64,000 bases of DNA from assembly GCA_976551045.1 (NCBI GenBank), contig CDPCPM010000120.1:3286001-3350000 (forward strand), written 5' to 3'. Below the pieces are notes generated by a model. It was not told the DNA's origin. It saw nothing but the letters and a program-made list of their open reading frames with translations, and searched no databases. Position numbers and translations under genes: made by a program. This DNA comes from Glaucostegus cemiculus (taxonomy: Eukaryota). Below, piece by piece: positions 38,433 to 51,571 of the stretch. The stretch's first letter is position 1; each line of letters starts with the position of its first letter.

Positions 38433-38899
38433 GGATTAAGGAAATTAATTGAATGCCAACTATAGGGATAAAATGGACAAGCATCTTGAAACAAATAATG
38501 AATAGTCAACAAGGATTTCCAAAGGAAAGTCTTGCATAACCAGGAATCCCCACCTGTGGTTCCCCCAGCACTGAGTGGATGCCCAATATGGGAGAAAGTG
38601 ACCTCCATATCTTCTGAGAAGGAGGTGATTTATTTTGAGCTAAGGGCAGCAGTGCTCAGACCAGTATTTAAGACCTTGTCCTTAAAAGGAACATTGAATT
38701 TCTCTGGGTTTTTTTGTGTGATGATGGTACTCTCACAGCATTAGGTAATATCAACATCTTAACATGGTGACAAAGGAACAGTGTTAAGTGTAGAGGTGAA
38801 GAAGTTATGTGACCTAGGGTAGAAGTTGCAGGTTGAGTACAGGGAGGATTATGCACAGGTTTCCTGCTTTCTCTATCCTTATTGAGTTGTAGAGGTACA

Positions 38900-41360
38900 A
38901 CCTTTGGAGGCTTCATGACCATTTTCTGTCAGTCATCACTCACTCCCAATATTTATTTACTCCACTCCACATTACATGCTTACAATACTGCAAGTCTTAA
39001 TCCTGCATTTCACATTTTCCACACAGTGCAATCCACAAGCCTCATCCCTGGCACACCATGGACAAAAATAACAAACATTCCCCACTCCTTGGTGGGACCA
39101 GGTGATCCATAGGCAGCACCAGCGAACTGAAACAGAAAGTGGGTGTCTCCTCACCACCCACTCTCCCCCATCCCTCAGAGGAGATGATACTGTCCTTTAT
39201 TGGAGCAGCACAGACTGCGGCTAAAGTTTGAAGATGACGGTATACTCATATCTGTAGGCATGCACCTCATTTCCCTCCACCCCCAACCCAACACAATCAT
39301 CCCCCATATACCCTACCAGCATCTTCTTCACCGCAAATCCTGATTTGTGCTCTGACCTGGAAAGTTAGAGGAGAGTGGAGGTGAAGACACACTGTCCTTC
39401 GGTTGGAAATGTCCAGCCACTAGCTCAGATGCAAAACCAGTTCGGAAGTTGAAGGCAGGATTTGCAGATGGAGAGCACAAGATATGACTGCCTTGTATCA
39501 AGGGCAGGAGGAAAGGGTAACCAAAGTGTCAGCTCCCCAGAGGTCAATGCAGAAGAAGGTCATTGCACAGTGTATTGGAAGGCCTGCCAGAATGTCTGTG
39601 TGCAATGTTAAGGAGCTAGGAAAAGCCCAGCACCAACTTTGCCCAGAATTTAGAGTCCTTCCTTCTGGAAGTAATGGGCAACTCTATCAGCACATTTGTG
39701 GAGCTGACTATAGTGCACATCTCATATGCAATATCTTAGTCTTCATAGGTCAACTAACGTCCGTTAACTGCAGTGCATGTTCAAAATCTTGCCACTACTC
39801 AAATGGACATGCAGCCTAGTGGCCTGTGTTCCAATGGATGACAAGCTTTGCTGTAGTGTGTTCATAGTCAGTGGAACACAAATCTGCCAGTTCAGCACAT
39901 CAGCATTTGTAATCCCATGCCCAGCACTGCAGCAGTATCCTTGTTATCACCTGTCAATCAGCCTACTCAAATGATCTGAAGCTGACACAACTTGATCCAG
40001 AACTGCTCAAGATTGATGAACGGGTAGGTTAATTTGGGGGTTTAAAATGGGCGGCGCGGACTCGTTGGGCCGAAAGTGCCTGTTACCACACTGTAAATAA
40101 AATTAAAAATTAAATTAAAATTAAAGATTGTCTGGGAAGGCCAGCTGAGGTCTCCCCCATTGCAAGTCTGTAACCTTAGCACAGCCATGCTGTAGAATTT
40201 TCATTATCACCATCCTACCCATGTGTGCACAGGATGTGCACCAGATCAGGACATTCAAGTTCACCGGCCCGTGTGGTCAGGGCTACCCTTGAGTTTGATA
40301 CAGGGACTCAAAAACTGATGGAATAATGAGCTGTTACAAAAGGTAGCATGACCACTGCCTGACCACCATTCATTAATCATCATGTTGCACTATCTACACT
40401 CATACATCAGCTGCACACTTTGGATGTTGACTCACATTGGGCTGCAGTATAAACTGAGTTAGGGTACCATATTTTGAGGTGTCAGTGGCACCCTGCACCA
40501 TCCATGAATACAGGGACGGAAGTAAGCTACTTAGTCCCACAAGTCTGTTCTGTCATTCAGTGAGACCTAACTCTATCCATCACCTTTTTCACAAATCGCT
40601 AAATACTTCTGCTTAACAAAAAATCTTTAAATTCACATTTAGAATTGTTTATATAGCAGCAAAATAAAACTCCCTTTCTGGTGCAAACACCAGAAAAGAA
40701 CTCTCTCTGGTGTTTGCAGACGAGAGTTTCAAATTACTGCTATTCTTTGCTTGTAAGCCTGATTCTAATCTTTAGACAATGCCTGCTGGTGCTAAAATCC
40801 CCAATCAGTTGATAACTGGGAACATTCTGGTTAACCCTGGTTGCTTCACCGGCCTGTCTCTTGCTAGAGAAAGTGAGATTTATTCTTAGAAAACTGTGTG
40901 GCTGTGACTCCCTTGTGCAGCCTTATTGGATGGCAAAGTGGGAAATACTGCAGGTCTGAAGAGCCTGGTGTGTGGAAAATGACAGTCTCCTTTACTTTAG
41001 AAGCCAATGACAAAGTTGTCCTCGATAATACTACATGAATAGTTTTGGCTAGTGCATGTGAAAAATTTCAATGAGGACCTTTCTTTATGAATCACAAGTG
41101 TCTCAGGCATTGTTTGGACATAGGAGAGTTGCTGCTGTTTGACCTCTGGACATGGCCTCCTGCTAAGGGCCCGCCTGCCCAGCCTCCTCTTCCATTACCA
41201 TGCAGGTTGTCCTGCTTTGTGTTCTAAGAGGAGTGGATACAAACATGCCCATATCTGGATACAACCAGCATAATGCAAAAACCTTGAAGTCAATGCAAAT
41301 TTCTTTAACTTCTGGCAAACCATTGCCTGTAGACTTCATAAACACAGTTTTACCCAAAAC
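38900..41360. mobile_element. Degraded two-gene PIF/Harbinger transposon: second (Myb/SANT-type) ORF region on +, transposase on - (about 40810-41300)
   Basis: Minus strand 41121 to 40900: MSKQCLRHL*FIKK/VLIEIFHM..RTTLSLASKVKETVIFHTPGS/TCSISHFAI, HARBI1-like. Plus strand 39560-39655 is homologous to 48790-48875. Confidence 0.55.
40016..40123 (+). mobile_element. 5'-truncated SINE (same tail as 34026-34263)
   Basis: Near-identical to 34160-34260; target-site duplication aagattg at 40009-40015 and 40124-40130. Confidence 0.85.
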
Positions 41361-43970
41361 AATACTCCCATGGAAGTCAACTGGAAAATAAATTGCAAAT
41401 GATGTTCTCTTTCAAAAGCAGTGGAGAAAACTCCTTCCTTCTGTAGGATGTGTATCTAGCTGTGTGACGTTAGCAAATGGCATTAGTATCATTGAACTCT
41501 AGCTTGGAAGCACTATGTCAAACCAGTTGTTGATTAAGAACCAATGTCACGATCTGCTTGCTCATTGAGTTGTATTGAAACCAACTTAGCATCCAAATCA
41601 CAGGTGCTGCATCACCAAATGTTTCAGCCTTTCGCTCTCCTGCAAGATTTTTGCATTATACTGATGCAATAGTAGTTGATTTTATTGTGGCCTACAAAGA
41701 GCCTTGCTGTAGATAGCCTTTAACATATGTACTTTGGAATATTAAGGAACAGTTTAACTTATTTTTAAATTACACTTTTTAATTTCCATTATTTACATAA
41801 ATACCTAAGTTAATGAGAAAATACCAGCAATGTCCAGAGAATGACTATTCCTAAATTTTGCTTTTTAATGCAAATAAGATTTATAGGTAATTTGAAAGAC
41901 ATTTTTATAAATACTGAAATTTCATTGAAAACATCAATGAATTTCAAAATAAGCTCAAGGTGTACAGCAAGATTAAGCTGTCAGTTTGTCTCCTGAAATC
42001 TATTATTCTTGATCCTTGCCCAACATTGGCTTAACAAGTTAAAGGTAATCAATATTTGAATTAACTCCACCGCAAAGTGATCAATTAAGGCACCTTCTAA
42101 AAGCACTTCAAGAAAGGTTTAATTTTCATAATTTAGTTCCTGGTGTAGTTACTGCTTTGCTTTTACTTCAGTGGAATGAATGAATTTGCTTGCAACAGAT
42201 GTTGCACTAAAAAATACTTCACGCATTAGGCTCAGAATTTTAAATGAACATGCCCTTTAATGATTTACTCAGTCCACGCAGACACTTAAAAATTGACACT
42301 GAAACCAAGAAAAATTACTTAAAGGATCAGTTACATCTAAAATGATGGAATCAATATCAATATTTTCCCTGAGAATCTTTCTCCCTGATAAGCAAAATCT
42401 TTGCTTAAAAGGCGCATTAAAATTTAATAGCCAGGCATGTGGTTTGGCAATTGATCATTTCTGGACAGCTGTTCTCTGCTATGTTTTAGCTTAGTGCTTC
42501 TAACCATTTGAGTGTCATCTTTTAATGGCTTATTTTAAGGACATTTTGTCCCACTAGACTAGATCCTACTCAAAAGAGACAAAATGTCAATTTATGGAGT
42601 GAGACACAAAGATTTTGCAGAATTAAACAAAACAATAATAGCTACATATTAGGTGTCATACAAGTGACAATTTGTTCCAGGTGTTCCTTTATAAGTGGGA
42701 AAAAATCATGACCCACAACTCATAAGTAGTGCAGACACAATATGAAGGTGTTTCAAACCATTTATTGTGCATTATTCAGTTTACTGCATGCTTTTTGTCT
42801 GTTATTTTCGAGTGAAGTGAAAAGGGACCAGTGGAAATAGGCTTACAAAGAGACATATAGAAATGGTTTGATTCCATAAACTTCCTCCTGATTACAATTG
42901 CTCTTATATATTTCTTGAGTAATTTTGCTGGTGTGTTAATTGTACAAATTTACAAATTGTTGTCATATTTTAGGCAATTTAATCAAATACTAATAAACCA
43001 GAATGATTTTTTAATGCAGAAGTCAAAATTATATTACTATTTTTACAGCTGCCGCAGTTGCTTGTGATTTGACAGAGGCCTCAGTAGTGGGGGGGGGGGG
43101 GGTCGCAGAAAGATGCTCATTTCCAAAAGGCGCAATCTTGGGAACCATTGTCCTGACTTAAGAATTCCTGAAAAATATCCTTCTTAAAATTGGGTTAGGC
43201 TCTTTTTCAGGTAATGCTGAAACCTAAAAGAGGTATTAGACCCCTTACCCATATCGCCACGATCAAATGTGGCCTCCATTGAGCATGAGCAGGCACTGGG
43301 CCCTTACAAACAGAACCAACAGAAGGAAAGCTCCATTAAAATAAAATAATGTTATATAAAAGTATTATTTTGAAAGCAAAGTATGAATGCACAAAATATT
43401 ATAACAAGCTTGTTACAGTGGATTTTTTTTAACATTATTCAGGTCTCAGGAAATAAGTATCTTGAATTTTCTAATTTGATATAGAAATTTAAAGTTCCCA
43501 TCTGAACAAGATTCTAAAAATGTTGTATCATTCATGCCCTTGGTAATAAAAGCTTAATCTGTTCAAGGAATTTTGGGCCATTGGAGATATACATCATCCA
43601 AACTTGTTTTTGATCATCTATCAAGCCTACAATGGCCCCACAAGTGGGAGACAGATGAATTTGGGAGGGGGAATCTTCACTATAATTGCTGGCTGCTGCT
43701 GAAACACAGTAAAAGGAATGAACCCACACTGGTAGAATATCGTTCACTAAGGGTAGAATTCTTACCCATTTGAATGCTAAAAATAGAACATTATGGGTAC
43801 TTTTGAAATAAATGGTAAGAAAACTCTGATTCTACAAGCGCTATGTTTTACTTTACTGTTAACGTGCAGGCTGCAAGTCAACTCCTGTATGTTCACTTGG
43901 CCTGTGTGTGATTTTGTAAATAACAAAATAACCAAGTAAAAGACTGATCTTCACATTCCTCAATCAAATT

Positions 43971-44264
43971 GGGCAGGCACGGTAGTGTAGCAGTTAGCAT
44001 AACTCTTTACAAGACCAGCGACCTGGGTTCAATTCTGGCCACTGTCTGTAAGGAGTTTGTACGTGCTCCCTGTGTCTTCGTGGGTTTCCTCCGGGTGCTC
44101 TGGTTTCCTCCCACATTCCAAAGATGTACGGGTTAGGAAGTTGTGGGCATGTTATGTTGGCGTTGTAAGTGTGGCGACACTTGCGGGCTGCCCCCAGAAC
44201 ACTCTACGCAAAAGATGCATTTCACTGTGTGTTTCGACGTACATGTGACTAATAAAGGTATCTT
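43971..44264 (+). mobile_element. tRNA/V-domain SINE, full length
   Basis: ggcacggtagtgtagcagttagc A-box-like region, gggttcaattc B-box, V-domain, tail catttcactgtgtgtttcgacgtacatgtgactaataaa. Confidence 0.92.
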
Positions 44265-44319
44265 AATTTTCCAATCATTTTTTAAAATAAAAATACTACT
44301 AAGCTAAAATTCATGAGTA

Positions 44320-44830
44320 AGATTTGCAATTGTATGGAACCTTTTAATGACATCCCTAAGTACTTTACAGCCAATGAAATGCTTTCAAAGAGCAGACATT
44401 ATTGTATGGAAATGCAGCAGCCAATTTGCACACAAGTTTCCTCAAATATCAATAAGACCAAGGTCATAATCTGTTTTAGTGATGTGGAATGAGGGATTTT
44501 TTTAGTTGTGGTATTTAAACATTTATTTTGTATGTACATATCGCAGCCAATGATTTCAAGTCCCCTGTCCTTTGACCTTGTTTTCTTTAAAGTTATTTGT
44601 GTTGCTGAGTGTAGCTGCCATGATTGCTGCACTGCACCTATCTTCCAGGAATAACTCCCTGCTCTTCTTCAAATAGTGTCAGGTGATCTTTCATGTCCAC
44701 CTCAAAAAGAAGGCAGGGGGTGAGTTTGATCATCTGAAAGACAGCACTTCTTCAATACCATACTGGACTTTCAACCTATATATTTGTGCTTAAGTCTATG
44801 GAGTAGAAAGTAAATACACAAACATCTGAT
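44320..44830 (-). mobile_element. DeuSINE/SacSINE1-like SINE, interrupted at about 44500-44640
   Basis: tttacagccaatgaa...gcagccaatttgcacaca...ctccctgctcttcttcaaatagtg...catctgaaagacagcac; complementary to 35420-35550. Confidence 0.75.
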
Positions 44831-45114
44831 GACAGGACATGTGTGTGCATAAAGTGTGAATTCACCTTACCAACAGCTTCGTTCATATATATGTAATGCA
44901 GAAGAACTGAGAGCAGTATTACAGGCTGCTGGTTTTTATCAAAATTTCAAGGGTATAGTGCCTGTGAATTTCTAAACCTTTATTTAAATCACCAGAAAAT
45001 TGTGAGCAGTGTTCACCTGACTTTCAGTATGTGCCTTTTGATAGGTAAGGCGAACTACACGAAACATGGACTCACAGAATCTACTCAGTGTAAATAATAA
45101 TTAACTGGAAGTAA

Positions 45115-45513
45115 TAAAGTAAAACTCCAATAATCTGGCATCCAGTTGTTTGGAAATCTTAATGGTTCACTGTCTGGCTTACTCAGTTCAGGATGTGAGC
45201 CAGGGGTCCAGAATGCAAGCAGGATGTGTGGTCAGAGCTGATGGTCCAATCTGTGGCCGCGTGTGTGGCCTGAGCATGGGGTTGGGGTCCGGAACACCAG
45301 AGGTCAGGAACGTGGGTAGGTTTGTGGGCGGAGTCAGGATCTGAAGTACTTGTATATTTCCTGCTCTCTTTACAGGGGTTCACTGGAAAATTTATTACAC
45401 TACTGTGTAACATGTAAAAAAGGTGAAATAAAAGTGTGTTTGGGTATTTTTAGCAGTTACATCCAGTAGTCCAGAAAATAGTCCAGTGCTGGATTATCAG
45501 GGTTTTGGCTCTA
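45115..45513. mobile_element. pogo/Tigger-like MITE remnant
   Basis: Imperfect TIRs taaagtaaaactccaataatctggca and tgctggattatcagggttttggctcta, with TA ends. Confidence 0.55.
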
Positions 45514-46911
45514 TCAGTGTGGGCCTTTAATTCAAAAATCTAATAAATAGTATGTTTTCCTTTAGTTTATATTTCTTTAAAAGGAGAAAAGTACGTCATT
45601 ATAACCTAGAAATGACTTGTTGGTAATCAATTATCCAACATGCTTGTGTTTCATTCCCTTATCCACTACTCTAATGGTAGCATTAAGACATTTACTATAA
45701 ATATTAGGGTCGTAAACAGTAAATTTAAGATTCCTGATTTTTTTACCTTTATTTTTATTTAAATTTATGTACTTGATTTTTGCTTGGGCATTCTTTTGTG
45801 CATTTGCTAAGACAGCAACCATGATTGCTGCATTGCACTGTTTTTTTCCATCTGTGGCTCTCTCAGGAGGTGAATGAACTGAGATCAGCTTTCATGCTAC
45901 TTGCTCTGATTACACTTGCCCTCCCAGCTCACCTAACATGACTGCAGAGATTTGCAGTGATAATGTAGTATTTATCAAAGATGGGCTTTTTAAATGAATC
46001 AATACGTTCAGTCTTAGCCCGGGAGTTCAGTTTTGAAGCCTGGAATAGCTGACACAGTGGTCATACTATAGTGGCTTGTGGTAAAACATTCTTCACTAAG
46101 CTATTTTAATGTGCTTATCTAAATCAATAAGGTTAACTGCATTTGCCAGCATTGGGGTCAATAAAATTTGTACATGTTCGATGTCGGAGCTCACTTCAGT
46201 GTTGGTTTGTACTTCCAACTGGACAGTGCCACCATGATGCTATTCATAGGAAATCTCATTATAGATCAAAGATGAATCTTGTTATCTACATTACATTTTT
46301 ATGTTTAGTAAAGGAGAAAAATTATGCAGTTGGGTATAATCTAATACTGATACAAATTTTATACTTGAATATTAGCTCAGGTCTGCTTGGATGTTAATTA
46401 GTCAAAGTGTGTTGATGTCAAATATGGAATACCATTTTATATCGTGATAGATATTCAGATATGAAAATAACTTACTAGGCTCAAGTTTGAACAAAGTTCA
46501 TAAGTGTCTACATTGTAATATTTCTTTGTTTAATACGATTTGTACCTGTTTTGGGGAAGTGAAGTTTCAGGGATATATACGTTACGTGAAACTGGTTGAA
46601 GGTGAAGTATAGCTCTTTTGTAATGCACTGTTGTACTGATAAGTTAACTGCACAAATATAACTATACTGCTATTCCAATAAGGATTCAAGTTCAACAGTT
46701 GAATAATTAAATTTAAGAATGTAGGGATATATAGAGTAGGATTTTTTCTTTTCCAAAAGCAATATGTGAGCATTGCTCGAGAGAAAAACATTAGGGCCTG
46801 TATGTCATGGTCAGCAGCAAAGGAACTGTGCTCATCATGCACTGATCGTGAAGCTGCCAACAGGCATTTCATTGGGTTTTGAACAGACCCTTGCTACCAT
46901 TGCTGCCCAAC

Positions 46912-47240
46912 AAGATACAAGATTGTTAAGAGATTGGACAAGATAGAGACAGGAAGTATGTTCCAGATGTTGGGGAAGTCCTGGACCAGAGGGCATGATT
47001 TAAGAATATGGGGTAGGCCATTTAGGACAGAGGTGAGGAAAAACTTTTTCTCCCAGAGGGTTGTGAGTTTGTGGAATGCACTGCCTCAGAGGGCAGCGGA
47101 GGCCAATTCTCTGGGCACTTTCAAGAAGGAGCTAGATAGGTTTCTTATAGATAGGGGAATCAGCCATGATCTCAAAATGGCAGAGCAGACTCGAAGGGCC
47201 AAATGGTCTACTTCTGCTCCTATTGTCTATTGTCTATTGA
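46912..47240 (+). mobile_element. Relatively young CR1 3' end with (CTATTGT)n tail
   Basis: Open frame TRGHDLRIWGRPFRTEVRKNFFSQRVVSLWNALPQ..FKKELDRFL; tail ctattgtctattgtctattg. Confidence 0.9.
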
Positions 47241-48009
47241 TACTCTGTACGTCCATCAATGGCCAGTGTCAGCAGGTCACAAAGCAGAATGGCTCTTTAA
47301 TCAATTACATTGAAATGTTCTCACTGAGGTAGAGTCTAAACCAAGAACTATAATTGTAATATTCTATATATATTCAATTAATGCAAGTACATTGAAATAA
47401 ATTGCAAAAAGAGAAAAAGTTAAAAAGATAAAAGAAACAAAGAGAAAAGTTTAATTTATTTTTAAAATCTCAGCTATAGTGCTTGTAAAATTAAAATTTC
47501 AATGCCAAGACATTTGTATTGCACTAATTAGAATTATCATGGTGCATAAAATTAACTAATGGCTGAATTCACCAGCCCTATCTCTGGTGTTTTTAGTAGA
47601 TAAGTGATGCAATCCCACATCTTTACATGAATTTTGATGGTGAATCTTTTTGCACCAATTTGTCCAAGGTTGGCAGATTTTTTGGAAAGTAGAAGGACCT
47701 GTTGTAGGATTCATCAAAAAAAAATCACAGAGGTGTCTCTGGGGTTCAAATACACAAAAATTTTACAATAATGTTGAACAATCATTCAACTTTCCTGTAC
47801 TTCACCTTTATAGAGTTCATTGCCAGCTGACAAAAGTGGCATGTGTTCTGTTCCCTGACACTGAAATCTCTTTCTTCATGAGAAATACAAGTTTCATTGA
47901 AAAGAAATGCAATTTTAATCTGTACGGAGAGGGATTTTTTTTCAAGTGTTGACCAATAATGGTGGACTACAAAATGTAAAGCTAACAGCTTGTGAACACA
48001 TAGTTTACT

Positions 48010-48240
48010 TTCCTCAGAACAAGATTCTGATGCAGTCTCACTGGGACTATATATAATTGGAGTAAGATGTGTCTTATACCCAAATTGTCTTGCAATAGAA
48101 GCCAACATACTATTTGTCTTTCGAATTGCTTGCTGTACCTGCATGTTAACTTTCAGTGATTTGCATACAAGGACCTCCATAATCAGCGACACATTTCAAT
48201 CTTCAGCATTTAAAGATACTCTGTCTTTCTATCTTTTCTT
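48010..48240 (-). mobile_element. CR1 fragment
   Basis: ORF 47782-48192(-) KSLKVNMQVQQAIRKTNSMLASIARQFGYK. Confidence 0.75.
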
Positions 48241-48399
48241 GGGACAGTCTAGCCCATGCAAGAGGCCTAGCTGAGGAAGCTCTGAATCTGCATCAGATGC
48301 AATGATCACGTTACTTCATCATCACTCCTTCTGTCACTGAAATAACTGATTGAGTGTATCTGGTGTATAGCGGCCTCTTCCCCATTTGGGTTCAAGTGC

Positions 48400-49200
48400 G
48401 CAGCATAGCTGTTCTCCTTACTTTTCTGTAACATGTGAGGCTCTGTGGAAAAACAAGACAATCACTCAGACTCTCTATGCAATGACTAAAAAACTAAGGA
48501 GGATGAGTAGGAGGAGACATGAGCAGGATAAATTTTCAGAGGAAGAGCACAGTGCTTCACTCCACCTGCCGCAAATAAACACCAACTTAGAGACTGGCAT
48601 TGCATGGTGGATGGGATATGTAGTGTGGGACACCTGGCTGTAATGGACTGCAGTCATAAAAAAGGCAGTAGAAAGTCAGTGTGCTGACTCTATGGAGGGA
48701 GACTCCATATAGTTGCAGAGCTCCAGAGGATTCGGGTGAAGAATACAACAGGGAAGGGTAAATAGGAAGGTAGGGAGGGTGCATTACAAAATACTTGGTG
48801 CATCCTCCAGCCTGCCTGACCAATTGCAAGAGATGGCAAGTAGCATGGAGAAGACCATTGCCAACTTCACACAGAAGCCCCAATTTCCAATCCAGAAATG
48901 GTGTACCAATGGGCATTGAAACGTCCTTGTCGTGGCTGATAGACTGGGTTTCTCCGCTCTTGACTGTCACTCTGGAGTAGATTAGTGTCCAGAGAAAACG
49001 GAGTGATGCCACCTGGGAACAGATTGATAATCACTGGAAGAGGTTGCTTTTCTCCAGGAACAGAGGGAGCACCTGGAAATAGATTGATTTCCACTGGGAT
49101 TATTGCTGCTCTGCATGATCAGAGAGCTGAGAACATTATAGCCCTCAGGGAATAGGCAGTGGTACTGTGGGATTTGATTGTCAGCATTCATTAGATGTCA
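48400..49200 (+). mobile_element. Degraded Harbinger second-ORF-like region
   Basis: 48790-48875 aligns with 39560-39655 (gcctgcc.ga...agc...gga.aag.cc...ccaact). Confidence 0.35.
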
Positions 49201-51571
49201 GGTCTTTGTTGGTAGTTGTGTGATCTGCGTCATAGCAGATGCTAAAACCATTAACTGCCCAGTGTCAAGAGACTGCCACTGTAATTGAGAATCCTGAAAA
49301 TGCCCCTCTCCCTCTCAAGATGTTAGCATCACTTTTCTCGCCACTGGTTCTCAGTCTGTCTCCTCACCGCTGCCCTGCACCCAACAGTTCCAGACAGCAA
49401 TCACTCACGGTGAAATACAGCAGTCAGAAGCTCAGAGGCAGTGGCTCTTTCTGGCCTTCCAAGACAAACACCTACTATCCACATAAATAAAAGAGTGTAG
49501 CTGACCTGTTCTAATAGGCCAGTAAAGCCTGGCTGGATGGCAGTGACAAAGAAAAAGCACTAGAGTCTTTAATTATTGATCATAATGACGTTATGTCTCA
49601 TTTTGATTCACATTTCATTCATTCAAGTATGAGGAATGCAGTGTAGGTGCAAATTGGAGTAACCTATCCTATGTTGTCCCTCATTATAACTTTAATCCTC
49701 CTCTCAGTTGTGTAAGGTTAATGACAGCATAGAGAACATGGAGAAAATTCACAAATTGTTGAGACAGCACCCCACCCATTCCTTTCATAAAAAAGAAATT
49801 AGTGTTCCTTTTCTTGAAAGGAATCATGTGTTAAATGTCTCCAGGGTATCCACTGATAATGAAATAGACCTTTGCCCCCAAGACATTAGGGTCAAATCCC
49901 CTGATGCCACTGTCAAGGAATATGCCATCTCTCCACCTTGCTCTGAAGCACCACCGATTAGGTTAAAGCCAGAGGTGGCTAGTTATTGCATGGGCATAGA
50001 TCATGAAGCCAACATCAATATAGACTCTGCACTCATTGCCACAGCAGACTGTCCAGTCAGTTGTTTGTTTGAAAAGCATTAATGCTCCCAAAAGGTGAGG
50101 CAGTTTCCCTGGTTATCTACAGATAATATTCAGTTTTGCAATAAAAGTTGGTGGACCACTCATAATACCTCACATCTCATGTTAGATAGTCTGCTGTAAA
50201 GACCCTCCTTCCAGTGTTGTCTTGTCCTCCAGCTTTTGTCACATGAAAATGCAGCAACATTGCACTGCCAGTTTTTATGTCTGGTAGTGAATTCATCTGC
50301 AAAGATGGTTGAGTTTTTTTCAGGAAGCCTAATTACTGCAAAATTTGATTTGTTTACATTTCATTTGGCTGCAGTTGATGTCAGCAGCTCTATGTTGGGT
50401 GCACAATTGGTGCCATTAATGCAAATGCTACTTCAGAAATGCAAAACATTTTACTCATCTAATTTATCAGCGTAGTGTTCAATCAGATGACTGCATTAAT
50501 TAACGTCATTGCAGATAATATCCAATTAAATGGCTAAGTAGCTGACCATTGTGGAGAGAGCTGGCTGTAATTCAAGCAATGACTGAAAAGAATTCTCATG
50601 ATCTATTTTATTGCCAGCTACATTGCAATGGAAATTGCCAGTGCTGACATATCTGTCAATGCAGGTGCCTTCAAGGCCTTTTAATGAATGCATTTGATTG
50701 AAATCTCAAGCAGTATTTAATGGAACTAAATGATTGCAATAAAATAATGCTCTTTGTTTGGTGAGGCCACATTTGCCGTGGGTGAAGGCTGATGTAGTAT
50801 TTGCTCAACCAGATTGGTGAACCTTCACACACTGGTCTCTTGCAGCAATGAAAACTTCATAACTTGGAAAATGTTTGCTTACACCCATGTTTTTGTTCTC
50901 ATGTTGCACTGGGGATTCAGTACTATGACATACATCCTTGTAAATTCTTCACTGGCCAAACCCAGCCTTGTGTTTTCCTTCTGAACACTTTGTTGTATCA
51001 AGAAAATAGTCTTTCAGTAGCTTCTGCGTATAAGATCCACTGGAGTTGAAGGGAAGTGGGGCTGTGTAATATTGGCCTCTCACCACTGACCCTCGTCAAG
51101 TGATGGTGATTCACTGTTGGTGCCTACATTACCCCTTGGTTTTAATCTAAGTTGCAAAACCTGGTGTAGAACCTGTGGAGTGTGGTGTCCAGGAGAATCT
51201 GCAGGCAAATGATTGTCCCATAGGGTATATTAAGAGAGGGACTTCCCGCCCTTCAACCCTGAATGATCCTCACTCTCTGTGCTTGGTGATCTTGTTCATT
51301 CTGCAAAGCATTAGGCAAGGGTTCAGCTCTCCTGTTGGCTTGCACAGCATCTTTAGGTTCCATTATATTGCTGGTTGCATCAGCAGATATGTGGAGGTAG
51401 AACTCTAAGCAGAAGATCCTTTAGTGAAGGATCCAGGTACAACACTTAAAGAATCATACCATATGATGCAATCCAGTTCTTCAAGGTACCTAACCCTTAA
51501 GAAATACTTGTGCAATTAGTTAAGACGTTTACACAGATAAAATTTGACAATCAGTTAATGATTTGTATTAC

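Noticed and set aside
43085-43150. G-run followed by a hAT/Charlie-like end (ttgggaaccattg)
   Set aside because: No matching opposite terminus or 8-bp TSD found; too short to call
43971-44045. tRNA-like A/B boxes as a tRNA gene
   Set aside because: Head of a multi-copy SINE; it runs into the V-domain and has no evident cloverleaf or terminator
49708-50082. 124-aa plus-strand ORF preceded by an acceptor-like cctctcag
   Set aside because: No recognisable domain, non-ATG start, no convincing donor or partner exons; length is within chance expectation
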